NCBI GenBank assembly: GCA_002269645.1
Contig: NIVC01001024.1
Span: 186,001 to 250,000, forward strand
Direction of reading: 5' to 3'
DNA length: 64,000 nucleotides
From: Macrostomum lignano
Taxonomy: Eukaryota
This document shows positions 52,561 through 64,000 of this stretch, piece by piece. Made by a program: the position numbers and the translations under genes. The notes beneath the pieces are model-generated. The model was given only the letters and a program-made list of their open reading frames with translations. It had not been told where the DNA came from and searched no databases. Within the stretch, counting starts at the first letter, position 1, and every line of letters starts with the position of its first letter.

Positions 52561-53809
52561 TACAACACGCAACATCGAATTGCAAAATGTCACATCAAAA
52601 ATATTGCACAGTACATTGAATACAAAATTAAATAAGAATAACTTTGCATCAATACAAATTAATTAAGCTTCTTTCCATTCACTCCAAACAAGAAAGACTA
52701 TCAAAAGATGTTGGCGTAAAACATAATTTTCTTTGAGAAAATAATCTGAAATTAACAACCTGTCAAGTGTAATCTGAGCAAGAGATTAAGTCTTACTGAA
52801 AAATTTGCACACGTCACGTGCACATAAAAAATGGAGAAAATTTGCAAAGCAACAGCCGCTGGGGGGGATTAAGACAGGGGCAAGGGCAAGGCTTCAGCTT
52901 AGAAAAGGTGAGCCTAGAATTTCCTTTTAAATCGAATAGCTCTTTGAGCCGAAGCCGTTAGAGCTTAATCCCAGTGACGTCATAGACTTATCCGATGAAA
53001 CGTTTTTATAGCTGGTCAGTTTATGAGCAGGAGAGTGGCTACTCAACTTTCTTATATTCTGTTCTCACTTTACTACGAGCTATAACCGCTAATTCTCTTA
53101 ATTGCGTCTGACGGGTGTCTCAGTGTCTCAGCAGTCTCAGTGTTGCTGATCTTTGACATGTTTACCATAAGCAAGGTTGATCAAGTCAATCCACTGTTAT
53201 TGATTGCACGCAAACGTGGCCCCGTCAAAGCAATCGCCAAGGAAGTTAATTAGGGCGTTACAAGGGATTTGAGAAACCTCAAGGGAGCCGGAAAAAACAA
53301 CGCAAAAAAATCGTGCTATTGCGCGCGAAAGATGGTGAAAAACACAGCCTCTTGTACTTCAGCTTCTTCAGTTTCTCTTCAAAATAGACCTGCCCTTGAA
53401 AAGTGCTACACCCCCTGTTTATTTCTAGGGTGAACTGTTAGACCCAAAATCAGTCCATGAACAGAAGTTGATCCTACAAAGGCGTTAATTCAATCAACGG
53501 ATTATCTTATTGTTGAGCCTTTGGCGGCTCTGCTTTCAAAAAACATTTGCGTCATCTTAGCTACAGAGAGATGGAAAAGCTTTGGCCAACTTGAGGTGAC
53601 CTTGTTTTAAGTTCTAAAAATAGCCGGCCAACCCAATATTCACATCTCGTTAGTGAAATGCTTTCCAAAAGAACTTTTAAGGACCAAGTAGCTTTTTCGT
53701 CTAAAAATTAATCTGTAAAAAATGATGAGAAGAGGTAAAAATTTGAGTGATAGACGTGAATGATAGTTTAAATTAGATGCTACCTACCTGCTGGAACCTC
53801 TTGCGCCCC

Positions 53810-55613
53810 TTGGTGCTGGCGCCCCTTGGTGCTGGCGCCCCTTGGTGCTGGCGCCCCTTGGTGCTGGCGCCCCTTGGTGCTGGCGCCCCTTGGTGCTGGC
53901 GCCCCTTGGTGCTGGCGCCCCTTGGTGCTGGCGCCCCTTGGTGCTGGCGCCCCTTGGTGCTGGCGCCCCTTGGTGCTGGCGCCCCTTGGTGCTAAAGCCC
54001 CTTGGTGCTAAAGCCCCTTGGTGCTGGCGCCCCTTGGTGCTGGCGCCCCTTGGTGCTAAAGCCCCTTGGTGCTGGCGCCCCTTGGTGCTGGCGCCCCTTG
54101 GTGCTGGCGCCCCTTGGTGCTGGCGCCCCTTGGTGCTGGCGCCCCTTGGTGCTGGCGCCCCTTGGTGCTGGCGCCCCTTGGTGCTGGCGCCCCTTGGTGC
54201 TGGCGCCCCTTGGTGCTAAAGCCCCTTGGTGCTAAAGCCCCTTGGTGCTAAAGCCCCTTGGTGCTAAAGCCCCTTGGTGCTGGCGCCCCTTGGTGCTGGC
54301 GCCCCTTGGTGCTGGCGCCCCTTGGTGCTGGCGCCCCTTGGTGCTGGCGCCCCTTGGTGCTAAAGCCCCTTGGTGCTGGCGCCCCTTGGTGCTGGCGCCC
54401 CTTGGTGCTGGCGCCCCTTGGTGCTGGCGCCCCTTGGTGCTGGCGCCCCTTGGTGCTGGCGCCCCTTGGTGCTGGCGCCCCTTGGTGCTGGCGCCCCTTG
54501 GTGCTGGCGCCCCTTGGTGCTGGCGCCCCTTGGTGCTGGCGCCCCTTGGTGCTGGCGCCCCTTGGTGCTAAAGCCCCTTGGTGCTAAAGCCCCTTGGTGC
54601 TGGCGCCCCTTGGTGCTAAAGCCCCTTGGTGCTAAAGCCCCTTGGTGCTAAAGCCCCTTGGTGCTGGCGCCCCTTGGTGCTGGCGCCCCTTGGTGCTGGC
54701 GCCCCTTGGTGCTGGCGCCCCTTGGTGCTAAAGCCCCTTGGTGCTGGCGCCCCTTGGTGCTGGCGCCCCTTGGTGCTGGCGCCCCTTGGTGCTGGCGCCC
54801 CTTGGTGCTGGCGCCCCTTGGTGCTGGCGCCCCTTGGTGCTGGCGCCCCTTGGTGCTGGCGCCCCTTGGTGCTGGCGCCCCTTGGTGCTGGCGCCCCTTG
54901 GTGCTAAAGCCCCTTGGTGCTAAAGCCCCTTGGTGCTAAAGCCCCTTGGTGCTAAAGCCCCTTGGTGCTAAAGCCCCTTGGTGCTAAAGCCCCTTGGTGC
55001 TAAAGCCCCTTGGTGCTAAAGCCCCTTGGTGCTAAAGCCCCTTGGTGCTAAAGCCCCTTGGTGCTAAAGCCCCTTGGTGCTAAAGCCCCTTGGTGCTAAA
55101 GCCCCTTGGTGCTAAAGCCCCTTGGTGCTAAAGCCCCTTGGTGCTAAAGCCCCTTGGTGCTAAAGCCCCTTGGTGCTAAAGCCCCTTGGTGCTAAAGCCC
55201 CTTGGTGCTAAAGCCCCTTGGTGCTAAAGCCCCTTGGTGCTAAAGCCCCTTGGTGCTAAAGCCCCTTGGTGCTAAAGCCCCTTGGTGCTAAAGCCCCTTG
55301 GTGCTAAAGCCCCTTGGTGCTAAAGCCCCTTGGTGCTAAAGCCCCTTGGTGCTAAAGCCCCTTGGTGCTAAAGCCCCTTGGTGCTAAAGCCCCTTGGTGC
55401 TAAAGCCCCTTGGTGCTAAAGCCCCTTGGTGCTAAAGCCCCTTGGTGCTAAAGCCCCTTGGTGCTAAAGCCCCTTGGTGCTAAAGCCCCTTGGTGCTAAA
55501 GCCCCTTGGTGCTAAAGCCCCTTGGTGCTAAAGCCCCTTGGTGCTAAAGCCCCTTGGTGCTAAAGCCCCTTGGTGCTAAAGCCCCTTGGTGCTAAAGCCC
55601 CTTGGTGCTAAAG
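53810..55613. repeat. 16-bp minisatellite, two variants (GCCCCTTGGTGCTGGC / GCCCCTTGGTGCTAAA)
   Basis: About 110 tandem units. Confidence 0.98.
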
Positions 55614-55731
55614 CCTGAAGCAATTAAAACAAACATTAATTTTTGATGTTCAAATAGTTTAAATAACGTGAAATCCCTGATTGAAGGCTCAAGTTTTTTT
55701 TCTTTTTCAACCTCCTGAATCCAGAGCAGTG

Positions 55732-56394
55732 ATGGCAGCGGTAAGGCACTTATCAGCCGACGACTTCCTCGAGGTCACACAACCGACACCGGCTCCCAGC
55801 CCTGAGCTGCTGCGCTACCGCGAGTGCGCGCTGAAGCATCTCAGCGGCACCAAGCTGGATGCGGCGGTGTTGAACCCCAGCCACATGAAGGCCCTGTACC
55901 AGATGGCCCTGTGCATCAACTCTACAGCCACCCAAGCCATAGAATCAATCAGAGACAGTCTGGCCAAAACTAAAGCTCGCGAGCTGCCAATCATGATAGG
56001 CATATTGATTGTTTACTCTTTGCTAGCCCTGTTCGGTGGGGCCGCCAACGGTGTTGTAATCGTCACCGTTTGTCGCAGCAAGCGTCTTCGCACGAGCCAC
56101 AATTTCTACATCTGCAACCTGGCCGTGTCTGACCTCATTCTCTGCGCTCTGACTCAACCGCTGAACGCACTGAGGCTGCTGCAGAACTATGTCAGCTGGG
56201 ACTATGGAGTGTGCGTCTGCAGGATGGTCAACATGCTAACTGGTCTGAACATGTTTGTGTCCACCTTTTCTATCACGGCAATTGCGGTTGACCGGTGCAA
56301 GGTGAGTCAATAAAATTCTGCTTATTTTGTTGGTCAACAAGTTAATTACTTGTAGTAACTTATAAAGTTATTTAATTAGTCAGTTAGTTATTTA

Positions 56395-56425
<31 letters not shown>

Positions 56426-56426
56426 C

Positions 56427-56459
<33 letters not shown>

Positions 56460-56502
56460 AGCCAGCCAGTCAGTCAGTCAGTCAGCCAGTCAGTCAGTCA
56501 GC

Positions 56503-56543
<41 letters not shown>

Positions 56544-56668
56544 AGTCAGTCAGTCAGTCAGTCAGTCAGTCAGTCAGTCAGTCAGTCAGTCAGTCAGTCA
56601 GTCAGTCAGTCAGTCAGTCAGTCAGTCAGTCAGTCAGTCAGTCAGTCAGTCAGTCAGTCAGTCAGTCA

Positions 56669-56711
<43 letters not shown>

Positions 56712-59322
56712 AGTCAGTCAGTCAGTCAGTCAGTCAGTCAGTCAGTCAGTCAGTCAATCAGTCACAGCTCACATCAGCAGGTTCGCAGAATCCTCACGGA
56801 CAAAAGTTCATGCGTGTAACTCAATACTCGAACTGAGCCTGACTGCTGAGTCATCTGGACACGAAACCCGAGGAGATTAACGCTTATATCTGTTGTTTGT
56901 TACAACTCAAATATTCGTTGTTCCGCGACGCTCAATCGCTGTCATCGCCCGTCAAAGATTAGCTCATATTACGATGCTGTGCTTGGGAAATGCTTCATAC
57001 TCATAGATGATGGGTTCCTCAGGTATTCGTTTTGCAAAGAGGAACTGGCTTCCGACGGCTTCTACAAGCCAAACTACCCTGTTTTAAAATTCATTTTAAA
57101 TGCATAATTACATAATTAAATAATGACGGCACTCTCTGTGCCTTCTGTGAGTTGCGGTCTAACCTTTGAAAGAGTCTGTGGCATGAATTTGAACGTCGAG
57201 TCTTTTATCTAAGCTACACACAGAAAAAAACCATCATTCTACAGACAATCGCGAGCCTGAAAGTCAAGGCTCCATCAGCTCTGCACAGGTGCAAAGGTCG
57301 CGACCTCCTGCTAAGCCTGCTGGCAATCTGGGGCGCCGCCGCCCTGGTCGCTTCGCCTCTGGCCGCATTCGCCACTGTGACGGAGAACCCGCTGCACAAG
57401 CCGCCGGTGAAGATGTGCATCGAGCAGGCTGGCGAAGACCTGGTGAACTGGGCCAAGTTGGCCTACAGCGCCGCGTCAATTCTGGTGCAGTACCTCCTGC
57501 CGCTGGCCATCGTGCTGGCTGCCTACGGAAGAATCCGGAAACGTCTGCGCCACCGAATGCTGCACCTGCGGCGTCGCAGCCTGTCGTTCTCACAGCGTCA
57601 CCTGGAAGCCAGACGTCAGCGACGCGCCAACTGGCAGTTGACGGCAATCAGTTTGACCTTCAGCTTGAGCTGGCTGCCGCTGTCGGTTGTCAACATTGTG
57701 CAGGAGTGCAAACTGATTGGGAAACTGGCGAACAATGGTGCGCCTCATGTTTCTGAAACTGCTGCTGACAACAATGTCAGCACGTTCGGAGTGGTGGCAG
57801 CTCAAACCGTGCCCCTGGTGCTGGTGCTGGTGTCCGCCTGTCTCAACCCGGTGTTCTACGGCTGGTTGAATGAAAACTTTCAGGTGAGCGAAAGCAGTGC
57901 GACAACTGGCGTTGATAATCCTGTAGTTTTGCGGTGTTCACGAAGAACAAGTCACCATGATGAGCAGAATCCCACCATTACAGAATCCCATCATTACAGA
58001 ATCCCACCATTACAGAATCCCACCATTACAGAATCCCACAATAACAGAATCCCTACAGAATCCCACCATTACAGAATCCCCCCCATTACAGAATCCCACC
58101 ATTACAGAATCCCAACATTACAGAATCCCACCATTACAGAATCCCACCATTACAGAATCCCACCATTACAGAATCCCACCATTACAGAATCCCACCATTA
58201 CAGAATCCCAACATTACAGAATCCCACCATTACAGAATCCCACCATTATATAATCCCATCATTACAGAATCCCACCATTACAGAATCCCTATATATTACA
58301 GAACCCCAACCATTACAGAACTCAACCATTACAGAATCCCTAATATTACAGAACCCCAACCATTACATAACAATGTATTTCACACACATTACACATTGAG
58401 CTGTCTTCAAAATTCTGCAATCATCTCTTATGTTATTAGTTGAAATCAGCAACCAGCTTGTCTGAAGTCAGCTCTGAGCGAATGTCGAAGTTAGTCTGCA
58501 ATGTGAGCGCATACATGTATCCCTCATAGCAGTTAGCCAATATCATTTGAGCCTGAGATCCTTTAAAGCTTTAAAAACTGGGTAGTGAGTGTCCAAGTAT
58601 TAGACATTTAGTGGAGGGGTTGCAGCCTAGTGATCAGACTCATGTCTGAAAGGTCGGTGGTTCGATTCTCGACCCACTAGGAACAATTTTGTATACTTGA
58701 GCAAGACACTTAACTCTGCATTGCTTCAGTTCACCCAGCTGTAAAATGGGTGCCAGCATTAGCTGGGGTAATTCAGGGTGTGTGTGGCGACCCCCCAGTC
58801 CTTGGACTGAACAGCCGTACGCAGCCTTCAGATGCGCCGCGCAATAGCTGCGGCTGAGCTGTCGGTTGCACATCTGGCCATTAGGGCAGGTGTAATCAGT
58901 TATAATTGTTATTATTATTACGAAGTTGGTGAATTAAGCTAACATCAACATACTCGTAAGTAAAAAAGACAGATATTTTGCTGCAGATTCTGTAAACTTC
59001 TGTACTTGGCAAACGTACTTAGCTTTGAAATTATCAGTAATCAGTAATCAGTAAGATCGTGCTTTGCAGCTGAAATCCTGATATTACCCATCAATTCCAG
59101 ACTGAGCTGAAGAGTGCAGCAGGCAGGGTGATTCGCAGAGACACGGCAGCTTCTGCTGCCAACGATCTGTCAGGTCAGGAGAGTGTACCATTGCGCCGCC
59201 TGCTGTCTAGAGATGGCTGCCGTCAGCTGGGCTCCGCGAGTGTCACTGCCATGATGACGGAGCACCGGGAGCCTAATGAATCGCCAAACGCCCTATCTGT
59301 GGAGTCTGAGCTGTTTGTCTGA
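55732..59322 (+). CDS. Class A neuropeptide GPCR, NPY/NPF-receptor-like, 476 aa, 3 exons
   Basis: Exons 55732-56301, 57245-57883 and 59101-59322, phase 0 GT-AG. Motifs ANGVV, NLAVSDL, IAVDRC, QYLLPL, SWLP and NPVFYGWLNENF. Confidence 0.9.
56397..56763. repeat. (CAGT)n microsatellite in GPCR intron 1
   Basis: Tetranucleotide run. Confidence 0.98.
57965..58370. repeat. ~16-bp minisatellite (ATTACAGAATCCCACC) in GPCR intron 2
   Basis: Tandem units. Confidence 0.95.
58616..58921 (+). mobile_element. tRNA-derived CORE-like SINE with (TTA)n tail
   Basis: A-box-like GCAGCCTAGTG; B box GGTTCGATTC at 58659; MIR/CORE-like CTTGAGCAAGACACTTAAC...CTGTAAAATGGG at 58696-58750; TTATTATTA tail. Confidence 0.75.
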
Positions 59323-59749
59323 CTCGAGCACATGATCTCAAAAGCTATTTAGAGATTTTGTTTGAACCAAATTGAAAAGCCAAATCGACAATGATATTCG
59401 AACTGAGATTAAATAAATTGGAACGATGAACTTCACGCTTTGCAGTCTCCAGCTGCTGTGTGTGGTCTAAAATTGTAATTGTCTTGGATGTATCAAATCA
59501 GACCCCTCCCATACTAGTACATTTATGAAATGTATTTTCCAACATGAAAGCTTGAATAGGCAAACATGCACATTTTTTTACAAATTGAGAGAGGAAACGA
59601 AGGGCCTGTTGAAGTTGTTATTTATTGCATGCAGTCTGGAAAGCAACTGGCGAATATTTGAATTTGTCTGCTTTGAGCTAAGATGAACTTACATGTATAG
59701 TCTAGTAATAAAATGACTATAATTGCTGTTTAACAAATGAGGCTGATGT

Positions 59750-59980
59750 CTAACAGGTGAGACTCGTGTCTAACAGGTGCCACTCGTGTCTAACAGGTGC
59801 CACTCGTGTCTAACAGGTGCCACTCGTGTCTAACAGGCGATACTCGTGTCTAACAGGTGCCACTCGTGTCTAACAGGTGCCACTCGTGTCTAACAGGTGC
59901 CACTCGTGTCTAACAGGTGCCACTCGTGTCTAACAGGTGCCACTCATGTCTAACAGGTGACACTCCTGCCTAACAGGTGA
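59750..59980. repeat. 20-bp minisatellite (CACTCGTGTCTAACAGGTGC)
   Basis: Tandem units. Confidence 0.95.
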
Positions 59981-60527
59981 CAATCGGCTATCCATACTGT
60001 AAAAAGTAAGCAAAAAGCAGTGCGTCTATTGATTTTCTAACTGAAATATTTTTGTTTCTTTGCAACTCCTACGATGCAAAGTAATTTGACACCTTCAGCT
60101 GATGTGCCGCGATAGCAAATGTTATAAGATGTCAAAGCAACTGAATTCTATAATCATTCTCCTAGCTAATTAGCAAAACCTAAAGAAAAAAAAACATATC
60201 GATTTGATCGTATAGTCTGAAGTACCTTTGTCAGATGCCTCGCTTTGATAGTCGTGATTACTTGGGTCAGAGTGTACGAGCCTGTCTACTGCAGACTAAA
60301 TAAAAGAATAATTACTGGAAGAATATTTCGCTTGCTATTGAAACATTGCGTGACATCGCGTATTTTGCGAGCTGCTACCCTTGTATGAGGAAGATGCAAG
60401 GTTAGGCCTACTCGGAATGGCCTAAGTAATGTCCGTTCTAATGCATGTTCTCAGACTCGGTGTATCTGAAGGTTCTATCGAAGCCGAAGTTCTAAATATA
60501 CTAGCTAATACAACAGCACCAACACAA

Positions 60528-60905
60528 TCGTCACGTGACTCGGTAGCGACACCCACCACAATCGCTGCTTTGGTCACGTGATTCGGTAGCGACATCCACG
60601 TCAATCGCTACTTTGGTCCCGTGACTCGGTAGCCACATCAATCCAATCGCTGCTTTGTTCACGTGATTCGGTAGCGACACCCACCACAATCGCTGCTTTG
60701 GTCACGTGACTCGGTATAGCGACATCAACCCAATCGCTGCTTTGGTCACGTGATTCGGAAGCGACATCCACCCGAATCGCTGCTTTGGTCACGTGATTCG
60801 GTAGCGACATCCACCCCAATCGCTGCTTTGGTCACGTGATCCGGTAGCGACATCCACCCCAATCGCTGCTTTGGTCACGTGATTCGGAAGCGACATCCAC
60901 CCCAG
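60528..60905. repeat. ~43-bp minisatellite carrying GTCACGTGA(C/T) E-boxes
   Basis: Period 43 (60781/60824). Confidence 0.9.
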
Positions 60906-61692
60906 TCGAACTCCTTCAGTTTTAAATGAACCCAAATCAAAGCACTAATTTGTGCTTTTTTCCCGTTTTCCTAATAAAAAGCTATAAGTATAGCATAAAT
61001 CAAAACTTGAGCATTGCCATTCACCATCTATGCAGTCAGTTGGAAGTTAGCTGGCGCTACGTGACCCGAAGAGCCAGCAGGAGGAGCACAGCTCAAAGAA
61101 AACAGGGAAGAAAAATCTGTCTGCAGACAGTCAAACGTGTGTGCCAGCATAAATAACGTTGCAAACTCGCCACACTCTAGTTCGAGTACTTGTCGGACTT
61201 TAGTCTAATGTAGGTCCTACTTAGTCACGCCCACAGAGATTTCCAATCGCGGTGTGTAAAGCAGAGTTTTTAGATTAGTGACTTCTAAATAAATGTATAT
61301 GAAAATAGCAACGCTGAATTGGTCCATTAGGCTCTTAGCTATCTACCTAACACTTTCTTGGGGCATTAGTCATGCGATTTAAATCTAAATTTAAAAATTG
61401 AAACAGAAATCTTGCGTTAGTAACAGCGTGCGGGTTAATTGTTACGAAGTGCCTAGTTTCACTGCGGCGCTGTACAATTGCTTGCACTAGCTGCTGTACA
61501 ATTTGCGGGGCAAGTTCGGCGGCGCGCGAGTACAAAATGCAGGGGCAGAGAGGACGGCCACTCTGTAAATCTCGCGCCACTACAAAATCCGGCCGCTCTA
61601 TTTAAACTACTATATAGTATCCTTCTTCTCTCGCTGTTTTTCTAATAGAGACTCAGAGATAATTTCTCTATTACGCGGTAAACGACAAAACA

Positions 61693-64000
61693 ATGTCGAT
61701 CAATCCCAGACAGAGGCGTCACAACTTGTTGATGAAGTTTTGCAAAGCAGATCGCAAACTGCTGGATCTGGAGATGCGAGTGGGTTTCTGCGCTCTGTAT
61801 CTGGAGTTTTCCGGCCTGAAGAAAAGGCACAACAAAGTGATGAAACGAGTGATCGAACTGATGGATGAGCTCATTCCCGACAAGAGACAGCCCAGGCACT
61901 ACCGGTACAGGTACTCAGAAGAATTCAAGGTGAACATCGACAGCATAGTGCTCAACTTAGCCATTGGACTGAACAAATTTCCAAGAAACTCTTTCATGAT
62001 TGCCATTGTCGCCCTGCGAGGCCAGTTGACGCCCGGGTTTTTGAACGAGCATCAGGGATTGGCGGCTAAGGTGAGTCGATCTGATCCTGCTCATAGTTTT
62101 AATGTCACAGCACTCTTTTTTTATTAGAGGCAGGGGGTTGTGTGCACCCTGGCGCACTTTAAGCGACATTGTCTCACAACCGGCGAGAGGCGTTACTGCG
62201 CCCATTCCGCCGACTCCCCTGAGTAGGCAGTGTAGGCACACAAGCGCGCGGATACGTACGCAGGCACACACTCACACAGGAGTGTACAGCGGCCCTAACT
62301 TTATTTTATCGTTAGGCATGTACACTTCACTGCGCCTTGGGGGGTTGGCTCTCAAGGCCGTTAATTGCACGAGCAGAGCCAAGCCGAGATTCAAATTCAG
62401 CCCCAAATTAATGTGACTGCACTTGGAATCGAGCCTGGGCCGCTGGCACACCAGAGCCTGCGCTAGACCGCTGGGCTACGGCCCCTCTTGTCACAGCACT
62501 CTACAAACTTTATAAAAGTCAATCTATCTGAAATTACAAGTCGTTTTCGTAAGCTTTCCCGGAGACGTCAATGACAGATTTGTACTTTTACATTACACCA
62601 ACTTTCAGCCGGTGTAATGTAAAAGTACATATCTGCCATCGACGTTTAGCGTTGTTCAGCATTTGTATCGTTGACCTATTCGTATCTGCAGTCATCTGTG
62701 TCGCTGTTTCCAAGAGTTTCTTTCTTTAAATTGGAATTCAATTAATTTAATGATGCATCCAATTCATCCTGCTTTTGAAAATTCTAATAATAGAGATGAC
62801 TTTAAATATGACGTCGAAATCTAAACTTTACTGAATCTAAGATACATGCTTATTTGTACAGTGGAACGGTGCATTTGGGGTCAGTCAGAGTTGATAGTAA
62901 CCGCATGGACAGATAGACCGAAGCGCACATTGCCAAGAAATGCTAATGCGTACACATGCGCACGCACTGTACAATGTCAAGAAACGTAAAACGTAGACGA
63001 ATGTTAAAACAGCTGGCGAGCACAGAGGTCGATACGAGGTCAATTCTAATGGATTCAATTAACTTCTGAGCGCTCGCACAAAAGAAAGCCGACAGATTTG
63101 GCGTTCCGAGTAAAAGGATGTTCAGGTGAATTCATTATACCTTAAAAGGCTTCTTGAATTATGCAGAGGCACTATCGGAACATACGTAGCTTACTTGAAG
63201 AGTGAAGCGAGCTACTATGGATATAATTTGATTTTTCGCACTGCTAACCAATCTCGTCAATTCCAGACTTTCAACTCTCAACTTTAATTAAAGTGCAATC
63301 AGAGATGCAGTCTCAAAAAGTTATGGTCCCCTGCACAAAACAATTCCTTCTGTAGTTGCGCTCGTAGAAACTCAGCGACACAGAGTGGATCTACGCAACA
63401 TTTCCACCGTTTCCGCAGGTAAACGAAGCGGCCGACGACACGTTCCAGATGCTCCGTCAAGAATTCGGCAGGAGCTTCCACGGCGGCGACCCCATCCACA
63501 ATACCTCTCTACTGCAGCAGCTCGAAAAGTTCGACCGATTCCTGTCGAAGTTCGAGCTGGCCTGGATATGCGACGGCACAAACCCGGATATTGTGGAGGC
63601 CCTGCTAGACATTCAAGCACTAAGTGAACTTTTTCTCCGAGCAGCGAGCTGGGCAGTGGAACAAAACTGCATAAACCCAGAAGATTTTGCGACATGCGAA
63701 CCGGAAATCATGACGACACTTCCTAGGCTGGCTGTCCTGCTGTACATCAGCGAGTCGACGGTTGATCAAGGATCCGGCAAGGTTCGAAAAGTCTTCCGCG
63801 AGCACCGGGAAGGCCTGGATGAAGCCAGGAAACTTCTGCACCGGCTGGAGCCGCACAAACGCAAAGAGGTGGCTCAACGGCTCTGCCTTAAGACTGACGC
63901 AAGCGATCCGGAAACCAACCGCTTATTCAGAGCCATAGCCAGCGCAGCCGACCAGCTGCAGACCAACCACCCGATCGAGTGCACGTACCTCATGTCCTAC
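61693..64000 (+). CDS. Lst2/ZFYVE28-like protein, N-terminal domain, 3' end beyond the window
   Basis: Exon 61693-62070 (LLMKFCKADRKL, IELMDELIPDKRQPR) splices in phase 0 to 63419->64000 (LEKFDRFLSKFELAWI, EPEIMTTLPRLAV, LFRAIASAADQLQTN), colinear with the Lst2 N-terminal region as recalled. Confidence 0.8.
62117..62488 (-). mobile_element. tRNA-derived SINE, 372 bp, 14-bp TSD
   Basis: TSD TGTCACAGCACTCT at 62103-62116 and 62489-62502; minus strand A box TAGCCCAGCGG and B box GGCTCGATTCC; A-rich tail. Confidence 0.85.

Noticed and set aside
63368-63418. Alternative in-frame acceptor at 63367 for the Lst2-like exon 2
   Set aside because: The 63418 acceptor has a better pyrimidine tract and gives a gap-free match to the Lst2 pattern.

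Overview
Eukaryotic (metazoan) genomic DNA with GC-rich exons, short GT-AG introns and many minisatellite arrays. The style suggests a free-living flatworm such as Macrostomum; this is an inference from composition only. Host genes reconstructed by hand from splice sites: a small single-pass membrane protein (-), a MATH-BTB protein (-), an orphan 190-aa ORF (-), a 3-exon globin (+), mitochondrial GatA/QRSL1 (-), CHIC (-), an NPY/NPF-type peptide GPCR (+) and the 5' part of an Lst2/ZFYVE28-like gene (+). The standout is an 8,740-bp element at 5749-14488. It has a 6-bp target-site duplication (CGCCCC), ACTACTA...TAGTAGT termini and ~650-bp imperfect TIRs. Its only recognisable genes are an intact 1,269-aa protein-primed DNA polymerase B split by six spliceosomal introns and a divergently transcribed PC4-like ssDNA-binding protein. 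I recognised no integrase, capsid, packaging ATPase or adenain-like protease, so it looks like a minimal, spliced Polinton/Maverick-derived replicon. Other mobile DNA: two solo-LTR-like insertions with 4-bp TSDs (one separates the globin stop codon from its likely polyA signal), a Mutator-like foldback element with a 9-bp TSD, hAT-like MITEs (one carrying a 28S rRNA fragment spanning the R2/I-PpoI site), two tRNA-derived SINEs and a LINE 3' end sharing its tail with one of them. Most long ORFs in the supplied track are repeat artefacts. All calls are from reading the sequence; no searches were run.
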